64,000 nucleotides of DNA from Cyclobacteriaceae bacterium (GTDB lineage Bacteria > Bacteroidota > Bacteroidia > Cytophagales > Cyclobacteriaceae): the NCBI GenBank assembly GCA_965229785.1, contig CBDDJS010000001.1, positions 7,744,677 through 7,808,676 on the forward strand, read 5' to 3'. Below the pieces are notes generated by a model. The model was given only the letters and a program-made list of their open reading frames with translations, made no database searches and was not told the DNA's origin. The translations under genes and the position numbers were made by a program. This document shows, one piece after another, positions 38,456 through 47,456 of the stretch (position 1 is its first letter; every line of letters begins with the position of its first letter).

Positions 38456-39496
38456 TTACTCTACAGAATTTCCAATTGATCCTAAATCCGACACGCATCT
38501 GAAGCCTGTATGGTTCAAGCCCGAATCCATGCTGGTGCCCATCCTTCTGGTAGTTCGGTAACCCGAACAATAGCTGTCATTGCACAAGAAACTCCCGCCG
38601 CGTGCCACATGCTTGGAGGTGCCGGGCTCAGAAGGATCATTGAACCTTGAAGAGCCCCTAGGGTTGATGTTTACTTTTTGCTGAGCCAATTGAGAGAACC
38701 AGGAAACATCGTATTTATCGGCACAGAGTTCCCATACATTGCCAGCCATATCATATAGACCATAACCATTTGGAGGGAAGGACTTTACAGGAGCAGTACT
38801 ACCAAAACCATCCAGTTTCCGATCCTGATAAGGGAATGCCCCTTGCCAGAAATTAGCTTTATCGCTGGCCATTTCAACTGGTTCGTTACCCCATGGATAT
38901 TTAGCATCTTCCGTACCACCCATCGCTGCCCATTCCCACTCCGCTTCCGTAGGCAGACGTTTCCCAACCCATTGAGCATAGGCCTGGGCATCTTCATAGG
39001 CAATATGCACCACTGGATGATCCATTCGGCCGGAAATATCACTGTTCGGCCCTTCCGGATGCTGCCAATTAGCACCAATGGTCCACCGCCACCACTGGGT
39101 ATAATCATTGAGATTCACTGCACTTTGAGTTGCCTGAAACACCAAAGAACCTGCTTTTAATAAAGAATCATGAGGCTTTTCCACGCCAGGAGGGAGCTGT
39201 TTCCTGATTTCTTCCCAATCGACATCTCTTTCCGCTACCGTTTTGTAGGCAGTGGCCTCTACAAATGCCTTATACTGACGATTGGTCACTTCTGATATGT
39301 CCATGTAAAAGGCGGACACCTGAACAGAATGGGCAGGCAATTCATTCCAATAAGCATCTTCGGTTTTACCACCCATCATAAATTTCCCTTCAGGGATCAG
39401 TACCATGCCTTCAGGTGCCGGCTTTAAAGAAGGTTCTTTCGACGTACAACCGATCAATCCGACTAACAGATAAAACAGATATTGAGTATGCTTCAT
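38456..39496 (-). CDS. formylglycine-generating enzyme (SUMF1/FGE) family lipoprotein
   Basis: Lipobox LIGCTS. VTNRQYKAFV, HPVVHIAYEDAQAYAQWVGKRLPTEAEWEWAA, GNVWELCAD, RGGSFLC and GFRCV are classic FGE-family blocks. I prefer the ATG at 39496 over the TTG at 39505. Confidence 0.85.
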   Translation of the reverse strand: MKHTQYLFYLLVGLIGCTSKEPSLKPAPEGMVLIPEGKFMMGGKTEDAYWNELPAHSVQVSAFYMDISEVTNRQYKAFVEATAYKTVAERDVDWEEIRKQLPPGVEKPHDSLLKAGSLVFQATQSAVNLNDYTQWWRWTIGANWQHPEGPNSDISGRMDHPVVHIAYEDAQAYAQWVGKRLPTEAEWEWAAMGGTEDAKYPWGNEPVEMASDKANFWQGAFPYQDRKLDGFGSTAPVKSFPPNGYGLYDMAGNVWELCADKYDVSWFSQLAQQKVNINPRGSSRFNDPSEPGTSKHVARGGSFLCNDSYCSGYRTTRRMGTSMDSGLNHTGFRCVSDLGSIGNSVE

Positions 39497-39564
39497 TGGT
39501 GACAATAGTACATGAAATGCTTTGATATCACCTAATATTTTGAATTACACTTTACTTTAGGCTT

Positions 39565-40371
39565 ATGCCCAGGAAAATACCTACCTACATTGTTGATTCT
39601 TTTACCAATGAAGCTTTCAAAGGCAATCCGGCTGGTGTTTGTTTATTGGAAAGTCCGTTGAACGAGTGGGAAATGCAATCCATTGCTGCAGAACTAAATT
39701 TGTCGGAAACAGCTTTTGTACAGAAGACAGATGACCCATTCCGGCGTATCCGCTACTTTTCTCCCAAGATGGAAATTCCATTATGTGGACCTGCTACCCT
39801 GGCTTCTGCGAAAGTTCTGGTAGAACAAGGGGAGTCAGAAATCATTAATTTAATCACAGGTGAAGGGTTAGTATTGAAGGTGGTCCCGGAAGCCGATGGT
39901 TTGTTAATGGAATTCCCACGCTATAAGACAAGTCCTGCTCCAATCCCGGAAGGTATGCAGGAAGCACTGGGTATAGAAGAGGTTTTGAACAGCGTTTATA
40001 ATACCGAAACGAATATCCTCCTTTTGGAAATTCGGGACGCTCATAAACTAAAGTCGCTCTCGCCGGGTTTCAATGCACTGGTAAAGACCCATGATTCCTT
40101 ACATGGCGTATTAGTCACCGCGAGGGGAGAAGATGGATATGATTTCCACTCCCGATACTTCTGGCCCTGGAGTGGATCCAATGAAGACCCAGTTACCGGA
40201 GCAACGCACACATTTTTGGCCCCTTATTGGGGGGAACGACTGGGTAAACAAAAGATGAGATCCTTTCAGGCATCTGAGAGAACAGGCTTCATGGAACTGG
40301 AATTGACGGACGAGCGACTATGGATCAAAGGCAGAGCTGTGTTGGTTTTGGAAGGAATTATGAGAATTTAA
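39565..40371 (+). CDS. PhzF family isomerase
   Basis: 268 aa. DSFTNEAFKGNPAGVCLL, LSETAFV, IPLCGPATLA and DPVTGATH motifs. Confidence 0.85.
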   Translation: MPRKIPTYIVDSFTNEAFKGNPAGVCLLESPLNEWEMQSIAAELNLSETAFVQKTDDPFRRIRYFSPKMEIPLCGPATLASAKVLVEQGESEIINLITGEGLVLKVVPEADGLLMEFPRYKTSPAPIPEGMQEALGIEEVLNSVYNTETNILLLEIRDAHKLKSLSPGFNALVKTHDSLHGVLVTARGEDGYDFHSRYFWPWSGSNEDPVTGATHTFLAPYWGERLGKQKMRSFQASERTGFMELELTDERLWIKGRAVLVLEGIMRI

Positions 40372-40465
40372 CAGAGGAATGCATCCGCTTAACAACCCTT
40401 AACTGAATATAACGACACTTAACAACTGATTTGTGGAGCTTAGTGATCAAACTAACGCACAAACA

Positions 40466-41026
40466 ATGAAAAGTTTACTATTGCTCCCAATTCTACTCAT
40501 TCTGATTACAACTCATGCCATAGCTCAGAAAACCGAAGACCCGGTTCCATTAAAAAAGAATTACACTGCACTTTCCTTTCGAGGTGGCTGGGGCCGTTCC
40601 ATTGGCTTCGTGGGTGATCTGGAATTGCGTTATGGTCGCTTCATCAGTCCACACTGGTTGGTGGGAGCGGCAATTGATTTTAGGGATAACACCCGTTTTA
40701 CTCAACAAGCCTTTGGTGGTTTTGCGCGGTATTATTTCAATAAGCAACAAAAAGGGTTTTTCGTAGAAGCATCCTATAAAGTAGGCGTTTCGCAACAACA
40801 CGTCATAGATCCTTCTACCAACCACTTTTTAGATGTTACTTCCGGTTCGATGAATCATACCTTTATTGGTGCCGGATATGCGATGGTCAACAAAAAGAAC
40901 TTTGGTGTGGAGTTATTTGCGGGATGGGAGTCCACTCGATATAACCTTAGCCGAATTCCTGCCGGTAGAACCATCAGACTTGATCAGGGCTTCACATCAG
41001 GTATAAGGCTTCAATACAAGTTCTGA
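40466..41026 (+). CDS. small outer-membrane beta-barrel protein (hypothetical)
   Basis: Signal peptide MKSLLLLPILLILITTHAIAQ (ATG at 40466 preferred over GTG at 40433), alternating aromatic/Gly strands and a C-terminal RLQYKF. Confidence 0.6.
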   Translation: MKSLLLLPILLILITTHAIAQKTEDPVPLKKNYTALSFRGGWGRSIGFVGDLELRYGRFISPHWLVGAAIDFRDNTRFTQQAFGGFARYYFNKQQKGFFVEASYKVGVSQQHVIDPSTNHFLDVTSGSMNHTFIGAGYAMVNKKNFGVELFAGWESTRYNLSRIPAGRTIRLDQGFTSGIRLQYKF

Positions 41027-41110
41027 GATGCCCTTTGATCCGTGGCATTGCTCCCGAAACATCAACATTTCAATACATCATTTTCCGTCAAAAAACATCT
41101 CAATGAAATC

Positions 41111-41803
41111 ATGAAAAAGATATTTGTCATTTCAATAATTATTTTAATCTCCGTTCTCGATCTAAAAGCGCAGGAGGGCACCGACAAGCAGAAAAAGGCC
41201 AAGGGTAGAACTTTCATCGGCGTGGAATTTGGACGCACGTACTTCAGAGATGAAGTATCCGACCCAGGTGGGAAGTTTACGTCAAGTCAGTTCAATACGC
41301 CCACATTTGGCATTTTTATCGAGCATGAGCTAACCCCCAAGTTTTCAATTGAATCAGGAATTGCTGTCCGGAATTTTCGCAATTCACTGAGAAGTGATTG
41401 TTCTGTCTATACAACGGAGAATAGTGTTATTCAAATACCCCTTCGATTCAATTACACCTTATGGGAAAAAGGAAGGTTTAAGTTGAAGGCTTATGCCGGG
41501 GTAAACACTTCCTTTCAATCCGCTGGAGATTCAGGAATACAAACCGGTAGCGAATTATCGTACAATTACCTGACGGATGGTCCAGACCTATTGTTCACAC
41601 CTGAAATAGGTCTAAAACTTGACTATCAGGTTAATGATCGCATTAAACTGGGCGTATTTGCTTCTTATGTTATGAGTCCTCGTGATCTGAATCAAACCAT
41701 TATTAATTACTCAGTTGAAGGTAATGCCCCTCTCCAGGCGATATCCCGGAATCCAGGAAGCTATTTTCAGGCAGGTTTTCGGGTCTCGTATTTGCTACGC
41801 TAA
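41111..41803 (+). CDS. outer-membrane beta-barrel protein (hypothetical)
   Basis: Signal peptide MKKIFVISIIILISVLDLKAQ (ATG at 41111 preferred), with amphipathic beta-strand periodicity throughout. Confidence 0.6.
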   Translation: MKKIFVISIIILISVLDLKAQEGTDKQKKAKGRTFIGVEFGRTYFRDEVSDPGGKFTSSQFNTPTFGIFIEHELTPKFSIESGIAVRNFRNSLRSDCSVYTTENSVIQIPLRFNYTLWEKGRFKLKAYAGVNTSFQSAGDSGIQTGSELSYNYLTDGPDLLFTPEIGLKLDYQVNDRIKLGVFASYVMSPRDLNQTIINYSVEGNAPLQAISRNPGSYFQAGFRVSYLLR

Positions 41804-41810
41804 AGGGACT

Positions 41811-43028
41811 TTATCTCAGATGCCTCTGGAGATCATTGGCTGTGATTTTACGCAAGAAGATCCGTTCAAATCGCCCGGCGACATAAGTGGTTCCCAGGAC
41901 CAGTAGGTTGTTATTTTCATCGACCCTGACTTGAGATAGGGTAAAAGGATTGGAAAACCCGATGATTTCTGTGCCTGTCAATTCTTCGGAATTAAGATTG
42001 TAGAAATAGAGAACAATTTCTCTGCTTTCGGTTTCAGCCGACAGAATTACATGTTCATCGCCATAAGGAGTAATGATTCCCGGAGTGCGATCCCGCAATT
42101 CCGCTTGTCGTGCTGAAAAGAGGTCCACACTGGCACTCGTGCCACCAGGGAGAAGTTGTGTGACGGGTAAGAGGTAAGTTTCATTGAACTGATAACCAAT
42201 GACTGAAAAGAGATTTCCCGATATCCAATTAACAGCCTGCAGTCCACCGTTATCCGATTGTCCCTGAATTACTCCGGTTGGGATGTTGCTGAAATCCGTG
42301 AATACTGTGGATAAACTGAAATTGTAAAAGCCATTGAAGAAGTACTGACCTGGAGCTGCTTCTCCACAGAAAAAGGGCAATCGATTTTGTCTTTCCAAAA
42401 AGTGTTCGATGATCCTTTGTTCCACATCTTCACCTACACCGATGCTGTATCCAACGGAATTTAGGATGGTGCCTTCAGGACTTATTTCTGATAGAACCGT
42501 GAGCAGGTCGATCGGGTCATACGAAACTAGGAGGAAATTCCCTGCGGCGTTGACGGCCGCTCTAAGAGGATAAAAGAGGTTATTCAATCTCGTCGTTTGA
42601 CGATTTCCCAGGTCGGGTTGTATGGATATGAGTTCAACCCTGAGAGTCGTACGGTCCATTGCGAAAAAGTGAAATACACTATCGGAAAGCAACAAGGCTC
42701 CGGTTGGCAAAACCAGGTTTTCGGGGAGGTCATTGACCAATTGGAAGTTCCCTGCCTGATCTGTAGTAATCAGCTGAATACCTTCAAAGTTGGTTTGATC
42801 CAGGGTCCGACCGGCCAGAATGAAATAACCATCAGAAGTCTCTGCAATGTCAATGGGATGGAAATCTAATTCTCCATTAGAGTGATCATAAATCTTAATG
42901 AATGAGGAAGTCGTCAGATCCAATTCTTCACTGCATGAGATCAATAAAGCTGATAGCCCGATTAGCATGACGAACGATTGTCTGGAATTACGTCGAAAAG
43001 GAAATTTGATGAAGGGGAAAGGCATCAT
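41811..43028 (-). CDS. hypothetical lipoprotein
   Basis: 405 aa with lipobox LLISCSE. It is the last gene of the DUF1800/DUF1501 operon and overlaps the upstream gene by 4 nt. Confidence 0.6.
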   Translation of the reverse strand: MMPFPFIKFPFRRNSRQSFVMLIGLSALLISCSEELDLTTSSFIKIYDHSNGELDFHPIDIAETSDGYFILAGRTLDQTNFEGIQLITTDQAGNFQLVNDLPENLVLPTGALLLSDSVFHFFAMDRTTLRVELISIQPDLGNRQTTRLNNLFYPLRAAVNAAGNFLLVSYDPIDLLTVLSEISPEGTILNSVGYSIGVGEDVEQRIIEHFLERQNRLPFFCGEAAPGQYFFNGFYNFSLSTVFTDFSNIPTGVIQGQSDNGGLQAVNWISGNLFSVIGYQFNETYLLPVTQLLPGGTSASVDLFSARQAELRDRTPGIITPYGDEHVILSAETESREIVLYFYNLNSEELTGTEIIGFSNPFTLSQVRVDENNNLLVLGTTYVAGRFERIFLRKITANDLQRHLR

Positions 43029-43888
43029 TTACCGGATTTGAAGGTGGTGTCAATAAATCGGAGTGGAAATAAGAAACTAAGATTAGCCTGGAGGTTGGTC
43101 AATCGGATATCGTCGTTGATATCTCCAATAGCAGTCAGTTGGTTTTCTGTGAAGAGTCGGCGCTCATCGATAATACTGGTCAAGCCATAGGAATAACTGA
43201 AATCGAGACTGGTGCGGATGTTACCGATATCGTAATTGACGCCTATACCCGCCAACGCCGCGGCAAATCCCTTAAAATCTCCTTTAGTATCAATGGAAAT
43301 GGAACCACCAGAACTGACAGCCGGCGTGCCTTCCTGATGAATAATGGATAATGATTTCTCCGCGCCTATGGCAAAAGCCCACTGAATACCTAGTTGAGCA
43401 AAAGGTCGGAGATTTCCAGACCTTAGGAGGTCATATTTGAGGACAACCGGAACTTCCAGATAATCCAGGTTTTGAGCGACCATGTATTTGGTTTCAAAAA
43501 CGTCCGTTGTTGTGATCCATTCCAGTGTGTTATCGTAGTTGTATCTGTAACGCTTAAATGTGGGTAACACGCCGACGGAGAAGCCACGGTGGTAATAGGT
43601 CAGATCTAGTCCTAGTTGTATACCTGGTGATTGGAATGATTCGTAGTTCTTTTTCAGGTTTTCAGCATCGTAATCAATCGCGCTCAAAACAGAATAGAAA
43701 GTTTCAGAGTTAGGATTCGTTAGATTACTGCCTGCCCTGAGACCCAGCCACCATTGTGTGTCCAGAAAGGCTTCTAATCCACCTTTAGCATCCAGCCTTC
43801 TTTGCGCAGGAAGTGCTAAGCTGATCAGGCACAGCAATAGAGTGATCAGTGACAGCCTAATGCCTAATGATGAGTTTTTTCGTGTCAT
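43025..43888 (-). CDS. outer-membrane beta-barrel protein (porin-family-like)
   Basis: 287 aa with a signal peptide ending LALPAQ, alternating beta-strand pattern and a C-terminal aromatic-rich strand. The annotated start overlaps the DUF1501 3' end by 32 nt, so the start is uncertain. Confidence 0.6.
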   Translation of the reverse strand: MTRKNSSLGIRLSLITLLLCLISLALPAQRRLDAKGGLEAFLDTQWWLGLRAGSNLTNPNSETFYSVLSAIDYDAENLKKNYESFQSPGIQLGLDLTYYHRGFSVGVLPTFKRYRYNYDNTLEWITTTDVFETKYMVAQNLDYLEVPVVLKYDLLRSGNLRPFAQLGIQWAFAIGAEKSLSIIHQEGTPAVSSGGSISIDTKGDFKGFAAALAGIGVNYDIGNIRTSLDFSYSYGLTSIIDERRLFTENQLTAIGDINDDIRLTNLQANLSFLFPLRFIDTTFKSGK

Positions 43889-45560
43889 TGAGTTTTTCGG
43901 ATTCAGCTTTTACATAATAAATACCCGGCGATTCGGAATGAAAGTCAATGGTCAATTGGTGCGCACCCGGCGATAAATGATGTTCCCAGGTACGTATACG
44001 CTTGCCCGAATGGTCTAAAAGGGAAAGATTTACAATTTGGGTATCATTTAGGAATAGTTTGACTTCTGTCTTGTTCACCGCAGGGTTCGGGAAAAGTCCT
44101 TCAATTCTAAAGAAGTCCGGTCTAAATTTTTCAGTGGAAAGAATCACATCGCGAATGACATTCAGAGGTTCGAAATTGCCGCCTTCGGGATTCGGACCAC
44201 TGATGAAATCTCTGAAAAAGATGTCGTTAGCGATGATATCCTGATCCACGCCCATCCATTCGTGTAGGAGATTGGCATATAGTTGCCGATAATCAAACTG
44301 CATGGCAACATTGTTATCATCCATGTTGGGGTTAGTCCCGTAAATGCCGGGATTCACTCCTGAGCCAAACATCATCACCGGGCCTCCGGTCCCATGATCC
44401 GTTCCATAACTACCATTGGATCCGATACGCCGGCCAAATTCCGACATGGTCAGGGTGATGACTCGTTGCGAGAGTCCACGACTGGCCAGATCCTCGTGGA
44501 ACGCCCGAATGGCCGAACTAAGATGATACAGCAAAGCGGCGTGAGTTCCCATCGTCGCGTCGTAAGATTCAGCTTGCTGGGCATGACTGTCAAAGCCGCC
44601 CATTCGAACCAGAAAAACTTTGGTCTTTACGCCACCCCCTAACAATCTGGCAGTCAGACGAAGCTGATTACTCAGTGGGTTCCTTCTCGCACTTTGCGGC
44701 GCGTTGAAGGGATAAAGGTCAGGGTAGTCAACACGGGATTCAGCGGCATTTTGGTAAATTTCTGAAAGTCGCTGAATGTAAGTTTCTGATTTGTCCTCCA
44801 GGCCTAGTATCCAATCCATTTCAGTGTGGTAGGGTGAGCCATTCAGAAAAGAGGGGGGTAGACCTCTGGGATCAAGCCCCTGGTCCAAAAAACCTTCGAG
44901 ATTGGCGATGGTATTGGCCACCTGATCGGGAGAAGTTCCCAAAGACAAAGACGTAGGTATGTTTCCTGTTTGATGGAAGATAAGGGATAGATCATTGCCC
45001 ATTTCCAGCGCCAGCGGATCAGGCATCTCTTCTGTCGGGAAATCCGCCGGATACGTGAGTGGTGAAAATTCTGCATTCAGGTACCTACCTACCCAACCGG
45101 AGGAAAAGTAATCATCGGCGCCTCCACCCATGAACCAAATGTCTCTGCCCCGGAAGTGTGAGCCGTTGTTATTCTCATAAGAAACACCCTGGTAAACTGC
45201 GGCGCGGCCTGTATCATACATGTGTTTGAAGTCGACCATGTCAGGGTGGAGGCCTACCTGATCGGCAAATGGGACGGTACTGTCAAGAGGAATGGCTGTC
45301 CTTGTTCCTACTTGATAAGGGATTGCGATGTTGGCCCTCCGACTATAGTACAGATCGTACTGCTCTAGCGGAATAAAGGTATTGATACCATCATTTCCAC
45401 CGTGTAATTGGACGATGACGATCACATTTTCATTGCTACTTTGTGAGGCCAGGCGTTGAAGTGGCTTGTGTTCAGCCATTAAACGGAGGGGTACTCCCTG
45501 AAAAGCCAATGGAGCACCCGCCGCAAACCCCGCCTTTTTTATGAAACTTCGTCTTTTCAT
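43857..45560 (-). CDS. DUF1501 (sulfatase/phosphatase-fold) protein with Tat signal and T9SS type A C-terminal sorting domain
   Basis: MKRRSFIKKAGFAAGAPLAF twin-arginine motif. DUF1501 blocks LHGGNDGINTFIP, GGFDSHAQQ, MSEFGRR and GTDHGTGGP. The last about 85 aa (LFPNPAVNKTEVKLFL...GIYYVKAESEKLNDTKKLIIRH) fit the Por secretion CTD. Confidence 0.85.
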   Translation of the reverse strand: MKRRSFIKKAGFAAGAPLAFQGVPLRLMAEHKPLQRLASQSSNENVIVIVQLHGGNDGINTFIPLEQYDLYYSRRANIAIPYQVGTRTAIPLDSTVPFADQVGLHPDMVDFKHMYDTGRAAVYQGVSYENNNGSHFRGRDIWFMGGGADDYFSSGWVGRYLNAEFSPLTYPADFPTEEMPDPLALEMGNDLSLIFHQTGNIPTSLSLGTSPDQVANTIANLEGFLDQGLDPRGLPPSFLNGSPYHTEMDWILGLEDKSETYIQRLSEIYQNAAESRVDYPDLYPFNAPQSARRNPLSNQLRLTARLLGGGVKTKVFLVRMGGFDSHAQQAESYDATMGTHAALLYHLSSAIRAFHEDLASRGLSQRVITLTMSEFGRRIGSNGSYGTDHGTGGPVMMFGSGVNPGIYGTNPNMDDNNVAMQFDYRQLYANLLHEWMGVDQDIIANDIFFRDFISGPNPEGGNFEPLNVIRDVILSTEKFRPDFFRIEGLFPNPAVNKTEVKLFLNDTQIVNLSLLDHSGKRIRTWEHHLSPGAHQLTIDFHSESPGIYYVKAESEKLNDTKKLIIRH

Positions 45561-45562
45561 AC

Positions 45563-47329
45563 TTACATCAATTGATATTCGGGTGATTGCAACATGGCAT
45601 TTAGTAAATCATTTAGCTGCCGACTGACGTCCTCGCGATCTATTTGGAGCGTCCAGCGTTCAGTCCAATAGGCTTCCGGTTCCGGATTTCCGTCAAACAG
45701 TAGTTTCTCTTTAAAGAAATTCAATCTTCTGGCCGTCAATTCGCTGGTATCGGATTCAAAAGAAAGCGCTTCTGCCATAGGTAGGAAGTATTCAGCCAGG
45801 GCAATGACCAGTCTTTCCGTATCGCCTGCTTCTGAGTCCGGTATATTGTCTCTGATAAAATCGTAAACATTGACTTGCCCCATCATCACTTCCTCTGTAG
45901 TGAGCCTTTCCTCTACAAATTGATAGCGGAAGGTCAGGTAGTTTGTAGTGATCCAGCTACGATTGTAAATGGGGAACTGATGATAGGCAGGGTAACCGGC
46001 CACTTCAAAGGGCTCGTAGTAATCCAGCCCCATCATATTGATCCGACCGACGAGATTACCTGTAAACTCATAAAATGTTTCCAGATCATGCTCATAAGAG
46101 GGGATAGCGATATCGAATTGCTTGATGAAACCAATCGTGAGGTCAATAGGAGATTTGATCAGTGCACCAAACTTATCATCTGTTCTTTCATCCGCTCCTT
46201 CGTAAAAGACGGAACTGGTGAACAAAGCCTCTAACACCGGTTGGATTTTGAATTGATTGGCTTCTAAGATATCAGCCAGGTCCTGGATAAGCGTATTTTG
46301 TAGCGTTTCGTTAATCTGATGATAGACAAAAAAACGGTAGAGTTTTCTGCAGATATGCCGGGAAGTTTCAGGTTGATCATAGATCAGATCAATGAATTGG
46401 GTGATTTCGTTCAGCACACTCGCCTCAACAGGGTTTCCGTTGATCATAAGGCTGGGATCGGGACTAATACTTCCTCCGCCCAGTCTGTCGCTGAATACTT
46501 TGGTGGTGTTATCGTGCTGTGTGGCAAAATTTGTTCCTTTGACTACCCCTCGTGGTAGTCCGGTTTCTTCGTCGATATTCGAGAAAGTACGGTCGATATC
46601 GAAACCACTCAGTACCTTGGCACCTTCCTGGACATCCTGTTCGGTGAAGGTGAAGTAATCTCCATCAAATTCAGGTTCAGGAATTGCTCCTTCGAGTCCC
46701 CGACCGATGGTAAACAACTCCAGCAATTCACGTGCGTAATTTTCGTTTGGGTTGCCTCGGACATTAAGTCTCCCGTCCAGAAAGACCAACATGGCATTAT
46801 CCGTCGATACTTTCTCGCTTAATTTTTTGAGGTCGCGACGATAAACGGTATCTGGCAATTCCTCTTCTGCCGCAGGAATGATCACGTCATTTTGATCGAA
46901 CGCGAATTGACGGAATAGTGCATTTTGAAAATAGATCGCCCGACTGTTGTTAACCACTGACCTTTTCGTGGTGAATAAGGTGTGCAAGAAAGTGACAATT
47001 CGTTCACGAAAAGTGTAAGCCAATCGTTGCTCTTCCGGAACATCAACAGCCAGCATTTGCCCAATCATCCACCGGTTCAGGTATTGACTCAATTGAAATT
47101 CCTCGCTGTTGGCTTCAGTGATTCCTGAGATCCATTCCGTGCCTGTAGCTGGATCGATAGGTAGGGGTGGAGTGGGTAAATCAGATCGAAATAACAGATC
47201 GACGGCTTCCTGTGCAGTCAGGTTGGCATAAATGTCAACTTCTGCTATCGAAGCACCCATGCAGGCCCTTCGTAGTAAGTGAGCTGCTCTCTTTTTTCCA
47301 AGAGGGCCGGTGAGTGGCGATAGTGGCAT
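45563..47329 (-). CDS. DUF1800 domain protein
   Basis: 588 aa. AAHLLRRACMGA near the N-terminus and NENYARELLELFTIGRG are typical of DUF1800. It ends 2 nt before the DUF1501 start. Confidence 0.85.
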   Translation of the reverse strand: MPLSPLTGPLGKKRAAHLLRRACMGASIAEVDIYANLTAQEAVDLLFRSDLPTPPLPIDPATGTEWISGITEANSEEFQLSQYLNRWMIGQMLAVDVPEEQRLAYTFRERIVTFLHTLFTTKRSVVNNSRAIYFQNALFRQFAFDQNDVIIPAAEEELPDTVYRRDLKKLSEKVSTDNAMLVFLDGRLNVRGNPNENYARELLELFTIGRGLEGAIPEPEFDGDYFTFTEQDVQEGAKVLSGFDIDRTFSNIDEETGLPRGVVKGTNFATQHDNTTKVFSDRLGGGSISPDPSLMINGNPVEASVLNEITQFIDLIYDQPETSRHICRKLYRFFVYHQINETLQNTLIQDLADILEANQFKIQPVLEALFTSSVFYEGADERTDDKFGALIKSPIDLTIGFIKQFDIAIPSYEHDLETFYEFTGNLVGRINMMGLDYYEPFEVAGYPAYHQFPIYNRSWITTNYLTFRYQFVEERLTTEEVMMGQVNVYDFIRDNIPDSEAGDTERLVIALAEYFLPMAEALSFESDTSELTARRLNFFKEKLLFDGNPEPEAYWTERWTLQIDREDVSRQLNDLLNAMLQSPEYQLM

Positions 47330-47456
47330 ACAGAGCGAGGTTTACTCGGTGAATATAACTGAGAATTATTAAATAAATTATATTTTATCTTCAAATAATT
47401 TAATAATAATCATTCTACCTGAGAAAAGATGATTTTGTGTTTCTCTAATGAAGTGA

